Source of the DNA: Candidatus Latescibacterota bacterium
GTDB taxonomy: Bacteria > Latescibacterota > UBA2968 > UBA8231
NCBI GenBank assembly: GCA_965248265.1
Contig: CBDFJF010000002.1
Coordinates: 4,077,829-4,141,828 of the forward strand
Direction: 5' to 3'
DNA: 64,000 nt
Shown here: piece by piece, positions 39,880-49,546 of the stretch
Layout: the number at the start of each line of letters is the position of its first letter
Numbering within the stretch: position 1 is the stretch's first letter
Position numbers and translations under genes: made by a program
The notes under the pieces: model-generated
What the model was told of the DNA's origin: nothing
Database searches by the model: none
What the model saw: the letters and a program-made list of their open reading frames with translations, nothing else

Positions 39880-40230
39880 CTACACCTGCATTCTGATCAA
39901 TTCTTGATACCCTTCCATTACTCGGTTACGGACCTCCAACATGAGGTCGAGGGCAATACCTGCCTGCGAAACGGCGACCATCACCTGGTGCACGTCGGCT
40001 GCTTCGCCCGTTACCATCTTGTCGATGGCATGTCCCGCCTCAAACTGCAGATTGTTTACATCCGCCGTGAACTCCTTGACCAGATCGCCAAAGCTCCCCC
40101 GCACCCCCTGTCCCCCCTCACGTAATCTTCCCGGAGCCCCCGCTGGAGCTGTGCCGCTGCCGGGAATGTTGAGGGATCGTGATCCGCTTTCGCCACGACC
40201 GGTGAAATCCTGAATGCTTTCGAGTGCCAT
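39880..40230 (-). CDS. fliE: Hook-basal body protein FliE
   Basis: DVHQVMVAVSQAGIALDLMLEVRNRVMEGYQELIRMQV. Confidence 0.95.
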   Translation of the reverse strand: MALESIQDFTGRGESGSRSLNIPGSGTAPAGAPGRLREGGQGVRGSFGDLVKEFTADVNNLQFEAGHAIDKMVTGEAADVHQVMVAVSQAGIALDLMLEVRNRVMEGYQELIRMQV

Positions 40231-40243
40231 GATATCTAACGGC

Positions 40244-40867
40244 TCACTTTGAAAGGCCTTTGAAGACCCTGGCCAGGCGCATGACTTTAGGTACGTAGTC
40301 CTCGGTTTCGGCAGGCATGCGACCGGCCTTCACCGCGGCCGGACCGGCATTATATGCCCACAGGGCCAGCTCCGTGGACCCGAAACGGTCGACCAGACCG
40401 CTCAGGTATCTGGTTCCCGATGCGATGTTTTGCTCGGCGTTATGGCGATCTTCGACACCGAGCGAACGTGCCGTTTTGGGCATCAATTGCATCAACCCTG
40501 CCGCACCCTGCCTGGACACGGCCTTCGGGTCGCCGCCGGATTCAGCGTAAATGACGGCAGAAACGAGTTCCGGCTCGATCTGATTGAGCTTGCTGTAATA
40601 GTCGATGAGAGGCCGATACCGCTGGGTACGCTCGAGACGCGCCAACTCCAGTTGATGAATTGTCTTCTTCGCGACCGCGGGACGCTGACGCTGCTGCGTG
40701 GTGCTTCGGCCGATGATGCTCTGCCTGGCCTCTTGCTGATAGCTGCGCTTGGCGATGGCCTCCCCGTCTTCCTCGCCGGCCCCACCGACGCCCTGTGTCG
40801 CGCCAGCGGCAACGTGCGCTTGTAGTGCAAAACACGAAAAAAGGATGGTTGGAATGATCGTTTTCAT
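40244..40867 (-). CDS. Secreted lytic transglycosylase (SLT/GH23)
   Basis: Signal peptide; AVIYAESGG.P.AVS..GAAGLMQLMPKTA; ALWAYNAGP; ETEDYV. Confidence 0.93.
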   Translation of the reverse strand: MKTIIPTILFSCFALQAHVAAGATQGVGGAGEEDGEAIAKRSYQQEARQSIIGRSTTQQRQRPAVAKKTIHQLELARLERTQRYRPLIDYYSKLNQIEPELVSAVIYAESGGDPKAVSRQGAAGLMQLMPKTARSLGVEDRHNAEQNIASGTRYLSGLVDRFGSTELALWAYNAGPAAVKAGRMPAETEDYVPKVMRLARVFKGLSK

Positions 40868-40880
40868 GTTGTCCGTTTCC

Positions 40881-41246
40881 TCAGCCGATGATATCCAGCA
40901 ACCGACTCCTCGGCGCCTCTTGTGTAGTTGACGCCAGGCGTCCTCGGGCGTTGTAGGTCCCGGCCGCTTCCGTCAGGCTGCCAGCTTCGGTCGATTGTCC
41001 CGGCACCGATGAAATCGATGTACCGTTGACGGGAGCAGTAGCCTGGGACGGCACCGGATTTGACGTAGGGACGGTTTCGACGGCGGGCGAAGACTCGATG
41101 TGGGCTCTGGTTGTTGCCGCGGCCACGTCGACACCGCGATCTGAGATGACCGCCTCGAAGCCGCTGTGAGCGGCGGAAGACGGCGCAGCACGGCTGACCA
41201 GATCGGCTGCCGTTGTGTTTCTCACACCGTTTACAGGATTAGTCAC
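40881..41246 (-). CDS. Small low-complexity protein inside the flagellar operon
   Basis: Ala/Ser/Thr/Pro-rich; ends YNARGRL...RLLDIIG; fills the flgC-SLT gap in operon orientation. Confidence 0.6.
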   Translation of the reverse strand: MTNPVNGVRNTTAADLVSRAAPSSAAHSGFEAVISDRGVDVAAATTRAHIESSPAVETVPTSNPVPSQATAPVNGTSISSVPGQSTEAGSLTEAAGTYNARGRLASTTQEAPRSRLLDIIG

Positions 41247-41273
41247 AATGGGCCCCCGGATTCCCAGGGCTTC

Positions 41274-41765
41274 CTATATATCCAGAGAGCGATTGACCAT
41301 GTCTTTGGCCGCGCTCATGACGGTGGCGTTGGCCTCGTAAGCTCGCGAAGCCGAAATCATGTCCACCATCTCGGTGACGACGTTGATGTCCGGGAAGACG
41401 ACATAGCCATCTTCACGGGCGTCGGGATGGTTTGGGTCTAGAACCAGGCGCGGTTTCAACGGCTCTTCCCTGATCGCCTGCGTCATGACCCCGGAGCCGA
41501 CGAAGATCTCGTCGGGGCGAGGCGGGGACTCCAACATGTGTTTGAAGTCCGTGCGCTTCAGACGACTCTTCTGCTCCTCCAGCATGCTGGAGAACTTGGT
41601 CATCTTGGGTGCCTCGAGCATGACAACGCGGCGGCGCTTGTAGGGACCGCCTTCGTCAGTGCGCGTCGTGTCTACGTTGGCGATGTTGCCTGCGATGGCG
41701 GTGAGCTTGCGTCGCTGCGCGCTCAATCCCGTGGCGCTGATGTCAATCGTGTCGAAGATCTGCAT
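41274..41765 (-). CDS. flgC: Basal-body rod protein FlgC
   Basis: ISATGLSAQR...NIANVDTT..GGPYKRR; DPNHPDA..GYV.FPDINVVTEMVDMISASRAYEAN. Confidence 0.96.
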   Translation of the reverse strand: MQIFDTIDISATGLSAQRRKLTAIAGNIANVDTTRTDEGGPYKRRRVVMLEAPKMTKFSSMLEEQKSRLKRTDFKHMLESPPRPDEIFVGSGVMTQAIREEPLKPRLVLDPNHPDAREDGYVVFPDINVVTEMVDMISASRAYEANATVMSAAKDMVNRSLDI

Positions 41766-41804
41766 GTATTACCTATTTCCTTTGTGATCTCTCCCACATG
41801 ATCA

Positions 41805-42221
41805 TCAACCGTGTGGCCGACCAGCTATGCTCTTCCTGAGCCCGTCGAAGGTACCGGCCAACAGCCGCGCGCCGACGTTGAAGAACAGATGATTCTCTGC
41901 CAAATCGGCCATCTCGATGTCTATGTCGACGTTGTTCAAGCCAGTGTCGTTCACACCGGTCGGTACCTCGAACACCGTTGGATTCTCCGTGGGTTTCGGT
42001 ACGGTTATGTGCCTCGGATCCGTCGTCTGACCCTCGACTGGAGGTTTGCGGACGAACGAGTCGAGGTATTCCTTGAAACGGACACTCTGCTTGCGGTACC
42101 CCTTTGTCGAAACATTGGCGATGTTGTTGGCGGTCACCCTCTGACGCAGCTGAGTAACATCCAACACCGCCGTGAGCACAGGTGCCTTGGTCTTGTTGAA
42201 CAGGACTTTGTCCAGAAACAT
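41805..42221 (-). CDS. flgB: Basal-body rod protein FlgB
   Basis: RQRVTANNIANVSTKGY; NNVDIDIEMADLAEN; ATG 42221 after GAGG. Confidence 0.94.
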   Translation of the reverse strand: MFLDKVLFNKTKAPVLTAVLDVTQLRQRVTANNIANVSTKGYRKQSVRFKEYLDSFVRKPPVEGQTTDPRHITVPKPTENPTVFEVPTGVNDTGLNNVDIDIEMADLAENHLFFNVGARLLAGTFDGLRKSIAGRPHG

Positions 42222-42321
42222 CGCTACCTCAACTTGTCTCACTCGGCCTGCCACCCGGTCCATTCCGGGGGCTCATCGTCACGGATACAGCCCGGACGTG
42301 CCGGGGCTTTGGAGCCGAAGG

Positions 42322-42337
42322 AGCAATTACTATGCCC
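42322..42337 (-). promoter_or_regulatory. Candidate sigma54 (-24/-12) promoter for the flgB operon
   Basis: Minus strand GGGCATAGTAATTGCT = GG-N10-GC with TTGC, ~100 nt upstream of flgB; TGTAAC...GTTACA element at 42355-42383. Confidence 0.7.
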
Positions 42338-42499
42338 TGTTGTGGTTTTTCCCGTGTAACAGGTTGGGCTGCAGCAGGTTACATATTAGACGGCAAGTTG
42401 ATGGGGGGCTGATGAGGTGGCTTTGCGGGAAGAACCGGCGGGATGCCTGAAGCGCTGCAGGAAACTATTGCCGGGGCCGAGCGAGCCCCAAGACTGCTG

Positions 42500-43486
42500 C
42501 TATGGAGAGCCTGCGCGGCGACTGATGCTTGGGCTGCGCCCGCCACGTTGATTCATGCTGGCCAGCATATCACCCAACAAACCAGTGGAAAATAGCTGGA
42601 TGCCGACGATGATGAGGAGCATCCCCAACATCAACAGAGGCTGGCGGTGCTGGATCGTTCCCGTCTGCAACCACAGGTAGGTTATGTAGCCGCCGATGCC
42701 GCCACCGGCGATCCCGCACAGCAGGCCTAGGGTACCGAAGACATGCATGGGCGTCGTCATGAAGCGGACGACGAACGTGATTGACATCAGGTCGAGAAGA
42801 CCGTGCAGCAGTCGCTTGGAACCGAACTTGGAGCGGCCGAATTGCCGCGGATGGTGGTGCACGGGAAGTTCGCTCACCCGGTAACCGGACCAGTGAGCGA
42901 TGGCGGGCAGATAGCGATACAGTTCGCCGTACAGGTACGGCAACGCATCTTCGGCAACCTCCCTGCGGTAGGCCTTCAGGCCGCAGTTGAAGTCGTGCAG
43001 GCGCACGCCGGAGACGATCGAGGTCACCATGTTGAAAAGCTTCGATGGCAGGCGTTTGCTGAGTGGATCCCTGCGTTCCTTTTTCCATCCGGAGACCAGG
43101 TCCACTTCCTCGAGCGCCTTCAGAAGATTCGGAATCTCATCGGGATCGTCCTGCAGATCACCGTCCATGGTCACGATCACCTCACCGCGGGCTTCCTGAA
43201 ATCCCGCAGCCAGGGCGGCCGCTTTGCGGTAGTTTCGTCGGAAACGGATGGCCCGCACCCGGGGGCTGTATTGGCGTGCCAAATCGGCGATTACGTCGAA
43301 CGTGCCATCCGTGCTGCCGTCGTCGACGAATACTATTTCCGAAACAAGCGTGAGCTGCGACAACACCCCATCCAGCTTTTGACACAGTGTGGGCAGGCTC
43401 TCCACTTCATTGAAGACAGGCACCACAATGGTCAAATCGACCTGACCTGGCGCTTCGCCCACCACCACCTGACTCACCTCACTCAT
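42500..43486 (-). CDS. GT2 polyprenyl-phosphate glycosyltransferase (ArnC/GtrB-like)
   Basis: VVPVFNE, VDDGSTD, TMDGDLQDDP, HDFNCGLKAY; two C-terminal TMs. Confidence 0.92.
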   Translation of the reverse strand: MSEVSQVVVGEAPGQVDLTIVVPVFNEVESLPTLCQKLDGVLSQLTLVSEIVFVDDGSTDGTFDVIADLARQYSPRVRAIRFRRNYRKAAALAAGFQEARGEVIVTMDGDLQDDPDEIPNLLKALEEVDLVSGWKKERRDPLSKRLPSKLFNMVTSIVSGVRLHDFNCGLKAYRREVAEDALPYLYGELYRYLPAIAHWSGYRVSELPVHHHPRQFGRSKFGSKRLLHGLLDLMSITFVVRFMTTPMHVFGTLGLLCGIAGGGIGGYITYLWLQTGTIQHRQPLLMLGMLLIIVGIQLFSTGLLGDMLASMNQRGGRSPSISRRAGSP

Positions 43487-43594
43487 TCTCGGACCTTATC
43501 GTCGTATCCTTCAGCTTTCCGCCCACTGTCGGGTTCATACGTTGGCCAATAATAAGCATGCTGTGACCAACCCGCCCAACGAGTGATGGCCTGC

Positions 43595-46204
43595 CTACGT
43601 CGGCGAACCGACTCGAGCCCTGGGCCGGTTCTCACCTCCGTAGTCGATGGCGAAGCGAATGACCAGAAGCGCCAGGCCAGCCGAGACCATGTTCAGGACA
43701 ACATCCTTGACCTCGAAATAGCGCTGCGGCAACACCCACTGTATCACCTCGTCGCCAAGGCCGATGACGGTCGTTGACACCAGACTCCATGGATAGGCGT
43801 GACGATCGGCGAGGTCGAGTTGCAAGGCTCGTAGGATCAGATAGGCCATCAGTCCGTACTCGAGCAGATGCAGTCTCTCAGCAGGAAAGCGACTCAAGGC
43901 AAAAAGCAGATAAACATAGGCTGGAGTTATCAAGGCGATGGCGACATAGGGAATCCAGCTCTGCCGTCCTACCCGGCGCCTCGCCGTCCACAGCAGGGAT
44001 GTGACGGCGATCACAGCGACCGCTGTGCCCAGATGCTTGATGGAGCCCTCGGTCAAGTCGCTCAGCCGACGCCAGACAACCGGAAAAACGCCCAGCGTGC
44101 TGTAGACGATACCAATGTAGGCCAGCGTGATCCCCCAAACCCGGCAGCGATCCACGCCAAGCGCCGCTCTCAGCCGCGGCCACGCTGCAGCCACGATGAT
44201 CGCGCATATCAGCAACCAAGCGCTTACATCCGCGGCTGGCAGATGCGTGGCCCACACGGCGAGCTCGAACAGGCCTGCGGCCAGCCCCAAGACCATATGA
44301 GCCACTTCGGAAGCGCCCTGGCCTGCTAGAATGCCCGCTTGCATCAGCAGTGTGGCGGCGTCCGGGCTGCCATCGACGACTCGCGAAGCAGCGAGGTTGA
44401 AGGTGACCCACGAACTCGCCGACGCGCTCGAGGCATCAGCGCGGCGCACACGGAAATGCCAGGGATTGTACAGTACGAGAGAGTTCCAGAAGGTCGAGTG
44501 AAACGGCCCATAAGCGGGCGCACTGCCCACAACCGACAGCTCGCCAGTCAAGTGGTAGTTGCCCTCCCCCACCGAGTATTCGATGACATACGGTGCCTCA
44601 CGGTCACCAGTCCAGTGTAGTTGTATGGTCTGTCCGGCTCCGGCGTATTCCAGGGTATCTCCTGACAGCGGATAGATGATGCGGAGCGAATCGCTTGGCG
44701 AATCGCTTGGCGGATCGCTGCGCGGGCCATCGTCGAGCCCGTCCGTCTGTGATTCCTGCATGCCCGCCGGCTGAACCAGCTGACCGCCGAGCGCCTTGCG
44801 CGCCTGACTCTCCATTGCCCAGGATTGCAAAACCACTCGGAGGCTGTCAGCGATGTCGGGGAATTGGGCCACAACATTGCTGCGCTCCCGCGGATCGACG
44901 TCCACGGCATACAGTTCCTCAGTTGAGGCCGCCCCGTCACCTGGCACAAACCGAATCAACTTCCATCGCCGGGTCCGTACCGCGCGTGTGCGGTCGGCGT
45001 ATTGCCTGGCGTCCGCAGTGTATCCACCGCCAGAGGTCTCGCAGAAGACAGCCCGCTGCTCCCATCCTGGGGACTCGGCTATCAGCGGTAGCAGCGAGCG
45101 CCCCTGAACCTGCTCTGGCACCGGGACACCGGCCATCTCCAGCACCGTCGGCATGACATCGATGCACTGCACCGGATCGTCGATGACGCGGCCTGACGGC
45201 AGCCGCCCAGGCGACCAGGCGATCAGCGGAATCCGGATCAGCTCGTCATACAGACGACCTTCCTTGAAGGTCGACACGTGCCCGATCAGGCCGTGATCGA
45301 GCAGCTCTTCCCCATGGTCAGCGGAAATCAACAGCAAGGTGTTGTTTGCCAGCCCTGTCGTGACCAGGGTCGATCGAAGTCGCCGAAAAAATTGCTCGTC
45401 CATGCGCCGAATTTGAGCATCGTACAGAGCTCGTACCCAATCACTGTCGGAGGAATCGAATTCGATGAGCTCGCGTACCAACATGATTTCTCGTTGCACC
45501 AACTCCATCTTTCTCGCGTCGGCCATTCGGGCCAACCTGCCGAAGGGATTGTAGGGAGAGCCGAATACCTCCTGCAGGTAGGGTTCCTCGAATTCCGGCC
45601 CTGGCGCGTACGGCTGATGCAAATCTCGGTAGTGGTAGTAGGCGAAAAACGGCCGCTCATCCGTGACGCTCTCATTCTCGAGCCAGTGAAACAGAACCTC
45701 GTCGCCATCCCGCATATAGCGGTTTTGGCCTGGGAACGTCTCATCCATCCCCAGATGGCTGAAGTTGGGCATGTCATTCAGAAAGAACAGACCTGGAGCA
45801 CGATAGCCGGCGGCTTTCAGAGCCTCGGCGAGAGTCGTCACCGATGAATCGAGCCGACGGCCGCGCACATCAACTCCGTGGACGGGAGCGTGCAGGGAGG
45901 TGTGGATGGAAATCAGACCGGGAGTCGTCCAGGCCGAAGTCGTGAAGGCCTGGCGAAAGAACACGCCCTCACTGCTGAGCGTGTCGAGATGCGGGCTGAC
46001 GCTCCTCTCACCTCCGAGAGCACCGTTGTCGTAGAACCCCAGGCGATCAGGGCGGAACGTGTCCGCCGTTATCAGGATGATATTCGGAGCGGACGGTGGC
46101 GCTACTGGTACGGGTTCAGAAGCCGCCGCGAAAGCCGCAGAACATGCGATAATGGCCGTGCAAAGGAGGATCCACCCAGGCCGCTTATTCCTCTCGTCGG
46201 TCAC
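43595..46204 (-). CDS. Sulfatase-like (alkaline phosphatase superfamily) domain fused to an Fn3-like domain and a VanZ-like membrane domain
   Basis: PNIILITADTFRPDRLG, HYRDLHQPY, ISADHGE, RIPLI, DVMPTVL; C-terminal ERLHLLEYG...GLGDEVIQWVLPQRYFEVKDVVLN (VanZ-like). Confidence 0.85.
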   Translation of the reverse strand: MTDERNKRPGWILLCTAIIACSAAFAAASEPVPVAPPSAPNIILITADTFRPDRLGFYDNGALGGERSVSPHLDTLSSEGVFFRQAFTTSAWTTPGLISIHTSLHAPVHGVDVRGRRLDSSVTTLAEALKAAGYRAPGLFFLNDMPNFSHLGMDETFPGQNRYMRDGDEVLFHWLENESVTDERPFFAYYHYRDLHQPYAPGPEFEEPYLQEVFGSPYNPFGRLARMADARKMELVQREIMLVRELIEFDSSDSDWVRALYDAQIRRMDEQFFRRLRSTLVTTGLANNTLLLISADHGEELLDHGLIGHVSTFKEGRLYDELIRIPLIAWSPGRLPSGRVIDDPVQCIDVMPTVLEMAGVPVPEQVQGRSLLPLIAESPGWEQRAVFCETSGGGYTADARQYADRTRAVRTRRWKLIRFVPGDGAASTEELYAVDVDPRERSNVVAQFPDIADSLRVVLQSWAMESQARKALGGQLVQPAGMQESQTDGLDDGPRSDPPSDSPSDSLRIIYPLSGDTLEYAGAGQTIQLHWTGDREAPYVIEYSVGEGNYHLTGELSVVGSAPAYGPFHSTFWNSLVLYNPWHFRVRRADASSASASSWVTFNLAASRVVDGSPDAATLLMQAGILAGQGASEVAHMVLGLAAGLFELAVWATHLPAADVSAWLLICAIIVAAAWPRLRAALGVDRCRVWGITLAYIGIVYSTLGVFPVVWRRLSDLTEGSIKHLGTAVAVIAVTSLLWTARRRVGRQSWIPYVAIALITPAYVYLLFALSRFPAERLHLLEYGLMAYLILRALQLDLADRHAYPWSLVSTTVIGLGDEVIQWVLPQRYFEVKDVVLNMVSAGLALLVIRFAIDYGGENRPRARVGSPT

Positions 46205-47270
46205 CGGATTCGACCCTGATTACGGCTGCCAGCAATATCGCCGATGCTGTGGCAACGAGGACGATACCCACCGGCTTGGCAGGAAGGATGCTCTCGACGA
46301 ACGCATCCCCCAGGCCGCTAAGGAGAAAGACACCCGCTCCCAGGATGAGATTGAGCAAGGCGACGCCGACGTCGACGCGGCGATGGCTCCAACCACGCTG
46401 CACAAACCTCTGGTAGAGGTGCTGCCGATGCGCGGCGAGCAGATTTTCGCCGCGCAGACCGCGACGGAAAAGGGTGTAGAACACATCGAACAGGTAGTAT
46501 CCGAAGACCCCGGCGAACACCCATATGGGCAGTCCCGCCTCGGCACCCAGCACTGACAACACACCAAACTGAAGGCCCAAAAACATCGCGCCCACATCGC
46601 CCATGAATATGCGTGCAGGCGGAAGGTTGAAAGGCATAAAGGCAGATGTGGCGACAACGACTATGAGAACGCCAGGCCAAAGCGCGGATCCGCTCGCCCA
46701 CAGACAAACAGCGAACCAGGACCCGGCGGTGAGCGTTTGAACCCCACCGATGCCGTCTATGCCGTCCATGAAATTGTAGACGTTCATCAGGCCGACAAGC
46801 CATAATGCGGTAGCCAACCACGCCCATGGGCCCACAAGCGTAATGTGAAGGAGCGCCGGCAGGTTGATGCCAGCTAGCAGAGCGCCACTCGCGCACACTG
46901 CCAGGGCGGATGCAACTTGCAGTCCCAATTTTTCCCTAACCGTGAGCGGCCGGCGGACGTCATCGACGACGAAGAGGAGCAGGATCAGGTTGGCGGCGAT
47001 TAACCCATAGCTGTCGATGGGAATGCCTGCGTGCATGAGCCACGAGTAGTACCCGGCCCATGTGCCGGCGACGATGCCCAATCCACCCAATGTGGGTATT
47101 GGCCGCTGATGAGAACTTCGGGCCACTGGCTCGTCGTGAATCTTCCAGCGCCACGCCACGCGCAGTGTCATCCAGGTCACCCCGAATCCCACAGCCGCCG
47201 TGAGAATCAGCGGTGATACTACGCCCATGGTACTCATACAGCGGGGCCGCCCAGGATGGGCAACTCGCAT
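46185..47270 (-). CDS. Glycosyltransferase family 4 (WecA/MraY-like polyprenyl-P sugar-1-P transferase)
   Basis: RSSHQRPIPTLGG, VDD, NVYNFMDGIDG, FNLPPARIFMGDVG, AHRQHLYQ; exact start uncertain. Confidence 0.93.
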   Translation of the reverse strand: MRVAHPGRPRCMSTMGVVSPLILTAAVGFGVTWMTLRVAWRWKIHDEPVARSSHQRPIPTLGGLGIVAGTWAGYYSWLMHAGIPIDSYGLIAANLILLLFVVDDVRRPLTVREKLGLQVASALAVCASGALLAGINLPALLHITLVGPWAWLATALWLVGLMNVYNFMDGIDGIGGVQTLTAGSWFAVCLWASGSALWPGVLIVVVATSAFMPFNLPPARIFMGDVGAMFLGLQFGVLSVLGAEAGLPIWVFAGVFGYYLFDVFYTLFRRGLRGENLLAAHRQHLYQRFVQRGWSHRRVDVGVALLNLILGAGVFLLSGLGDAFVESILPAKPVGIVLVATASAILLAAVIRVESGDRREE

Positions 47271-47283
47271 GTATCAAGCTCAT

Positions 47284-48126
47284 TCACGATGGGTATATCC
47301 GCGCCAGTGCCTCGTCGAAATCGATTGGGTCGAACCCGAAATCAGAGCGCGCCGCCTCGATCGAAGACACCTTGTCCTCTTGAGACCGCAACACTTGCTC
47401 CGTGGTCACAGGAGCATTTACCCCCAGCAAGCTCAGGCATCGCAGTCCTGCCATCGCCACCCCCACCGGAATCCTGACTTTCCTCGGGCGCACCTCGAGG
47501 GCTCTCCCCAGGGCTGCGACGATGTCGTTGAGAGACAGTGCATTAGGTCCCGCCAGGGCGTAGGTTTTACCAGCGGTGCTCGGCCGCACCAGGCAGGCCA
47601 ACGCCGCGGTGACGACATCGTCGACGTAGACGGGTTGCGACAGAGCCCGGCCGTTGCCGAACACGGGCACCCAACCGAATCGTCTGAGCTGAATCGCGAT
47701 GTGATTGATATTGCGATCGTCCCGACCGAAAATCATTGAAGGGCGCAGAATCGTGCACGGTGTTTCGAAGTTCCGCACTTCTTGCTCTGCCCTAGCCACC
47801 TCGTCGACGGAAGGCGAGGGTACGGTCGATAGCAGGCGCAGCGAACTGAGAGCCACCATGTGCTCCAGCGCCGGCGGTGCCTCTTCAAGCAATTGCGGAG
47901 TGTAGCGAATGTGCGCCAGGTGCAGTACGCGCTGCACCCCGGTCAAGGCCGCACGCACGGCATTCCGATCGGTGAGATCCCCGACAATAACATCCAGATC
48001 CCGTAGATCCACCGTTGATAGATCACTCGTCGGCCGCACGAAGACACGAACAGACTCTGTCTTCTCTCTAAGTCGGGGAAGCAGCCGCTGGCCAGTGAAA
48101 CCGGTCGCTCCGGTCAGGAGAACCAT
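47284..48126 (-). CDS. NAD-dependent epimerase/dehydratase (atypical SDR)
   Basis: LTGATGFTG, TILRPSMIFG, QPVYVDDV. Confidence 0.88.
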   Translation of the reverse strand: MVLLTGATGFTGQRLLPRLREKTESVRVFVRPTSDLSTVDLRDLDVIVGDLTDRNAVRAALTGVQRVLHLAHIRYTPQLLEEAPPALEHMVALSSLRLLSTVPSPSVDEVARAEQEVRNFETPCTILRPSMIFGRDDRNINHIAIQLRRFGWVPVFGNGRALSQPVYVDDVVTAALACLVRPSTAGKTYALAGPNALSLNDIVAALGRALEVRPRKVRIPVGVAMAGLRCLSLLGVNAPVTTEQVLRSQEDKVSSIEAARSDFGFDPIDFDEALARIYPS

Positions 48127-48145
48127 GCGGAGGAGCCTGCCTGTC

Positions 48146-49411
48146 TCAACCGGAGGATTTGCCGTCGACGGGAGTTGAGTCCGCCTTCGCGCTCTCGACG
48201 GTAGACCGCGCCGCCTGCTTCCAGGCGTTGATTTCTTTCTGAAGAGTCACAAAGTCGTCGAAGAGCTTGCGCTTCTTGCTGGACTCAACTCGGGACAACG
48301 ATTGCAGGTAGCGGCGCTTGGCTTGCAGGTACTGCTCGTGAGCCAGCGCCGAATCCCCGGAGGTGGCGGCGTGGGTGGCTCGCCGCCAGTGCGCCTTTCC
48401 CATGCGCCACAGTTGATTGCGCTGAATGACGTTGGCCTTGGTCAGGATATCCAGAGCCTCACCAGAGGGCTTTCTCTGGTAGACCATGGCCAGCAGCATA
48501 AACCCACGTTCGTTGTACTCCCGCTGCTTGCCAAGATAGGTCGTCTCTGCCATGGCAGCATCGATGTAGAACCTTCCCAGCTTGATCAGGTGTTCGTTCA
48601 TCGTCGTCTGTTGCTGCTTGGAGTCGAAGGAGGCGGCCCTTCCACTCGAACCGGTGCCCTTGAGCTTTTTCATCGCCCGCTCCCGGTTCTGCCGCATGAG
48701 GATATGACGGTGAAACACAGTGGCCTCGTGAAGAGTGGCGATTTCCTCCCACCAGGCCGTGCGCTCGCCACCGCCCTTGATGGCGATCTCTCGCAGTTCC
48801 TCGTAGAGCTTGAGTCTCGTCTTGAAATAGGATTTTAAGAAATCAGGGCGAACCCCCTCCCAGCCATCCTCGTGCGCCAGAAACTCACGGTTGAGAGCCA
48901 TGTCCAGCAGGCCTGGAGCCACGCTATTCAAGTGCCTCTCCGGCGGGCTCGCGGCGTAAATGATCTCTCTCGCTTTCTCCACGTAGTATCCGGCCCCCGG
49001 TGGTTGCGCCTTGCGTGGATTGCGCTCACGATAGTCGGCCGAGAACATCTCGTCGTACGTCCGGCCCTTGGCTAAAGCCTCTTCCAGGAACGTCCAGAAC
49101 GTCTCCTCGGATGGGAGGTACTGAAACGCTTCGTTGAACCACTCCTCGCTGACATCCTCAGGCGTTGCCCGGATCTGGGTCAGAATGATTTGTTTGATCT
49201 CGTCCTTGTCTATCTTCGCCTGTTCCGCTGCGAGACGCTTTTTTTCTTCTCGCTTCTCCCTTCGGTCCTCCGCTGCACGCTCCAGAAGCTCAACTGCAGT
49301 GGGAGGAGGTTCTTTCTTCGGGGCAGCGGGTTGCATCGATGTCAGCACTGCGCCGACGATGCCGGCGATGAGCAATACGGCGCCTGCGATTAGCGGTGCA
49401 AAGGCTTTCAT
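48146..49411 (-). CDS. Hypothetical membrane-anchored helical (TPR-like) protein
   Basis: N-terminal TM, charged helical content; no family recognised. Confidence 0.65.
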   Translation of the reverse strand: MKAFAPLIAGAVLLIAGIVGAVLTSMQPAAPKKEPPPTAVELLERAAEDRREKREEKKRLAAEQAKIDKDEIKQIILTQIRATPEDVSEEWFNEAFQYLPSEETFWTFLEEALAKGRTYDEMFSADYRERNPRKAQPPGAGYYVEKAREIIYAASPPERHLNSVAPGLLDMALNREFLAHEDGWEGVRPDFLKSYFKTRLKLYEELREIAIKGGGERTAWWEEIATLHEATVFHRHILMRQNRERAMKKLKGTGSSGRAASFDSKQQQTTMNEHLIKLGRFYIDAAMAETTYLGKQREYNERGFMLLAMVYQRKPSGEALDILTKANVIQRNQLWRMGKAHWRRATHAATSGDSALAHEQYLQAKRRYLQSLSRVESSKKRKLFDDFVTLQKEINAWKQAARSTVESAKADSTPVDGKSSG

Positions 49412-49546
49412 TCCCTTGGCCAAAGCTCTCAATCCCGGTTGGTCAGATAACTGGTCAAAACTTTCGTATCTTTATGCTGCAATGTAAGTTACATGACTTC
49501 CTTTAGCAATCTCCTAGCACGCGGACAGGCAGGGACGACGGTCGTA

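Noticed and set aside
44686-44720. 12-bp tandem repeat in the sulfatase-like gene
   Set aside because: It encodes an in-frame PSDS linker between domains; copy changes would not shift the frame.
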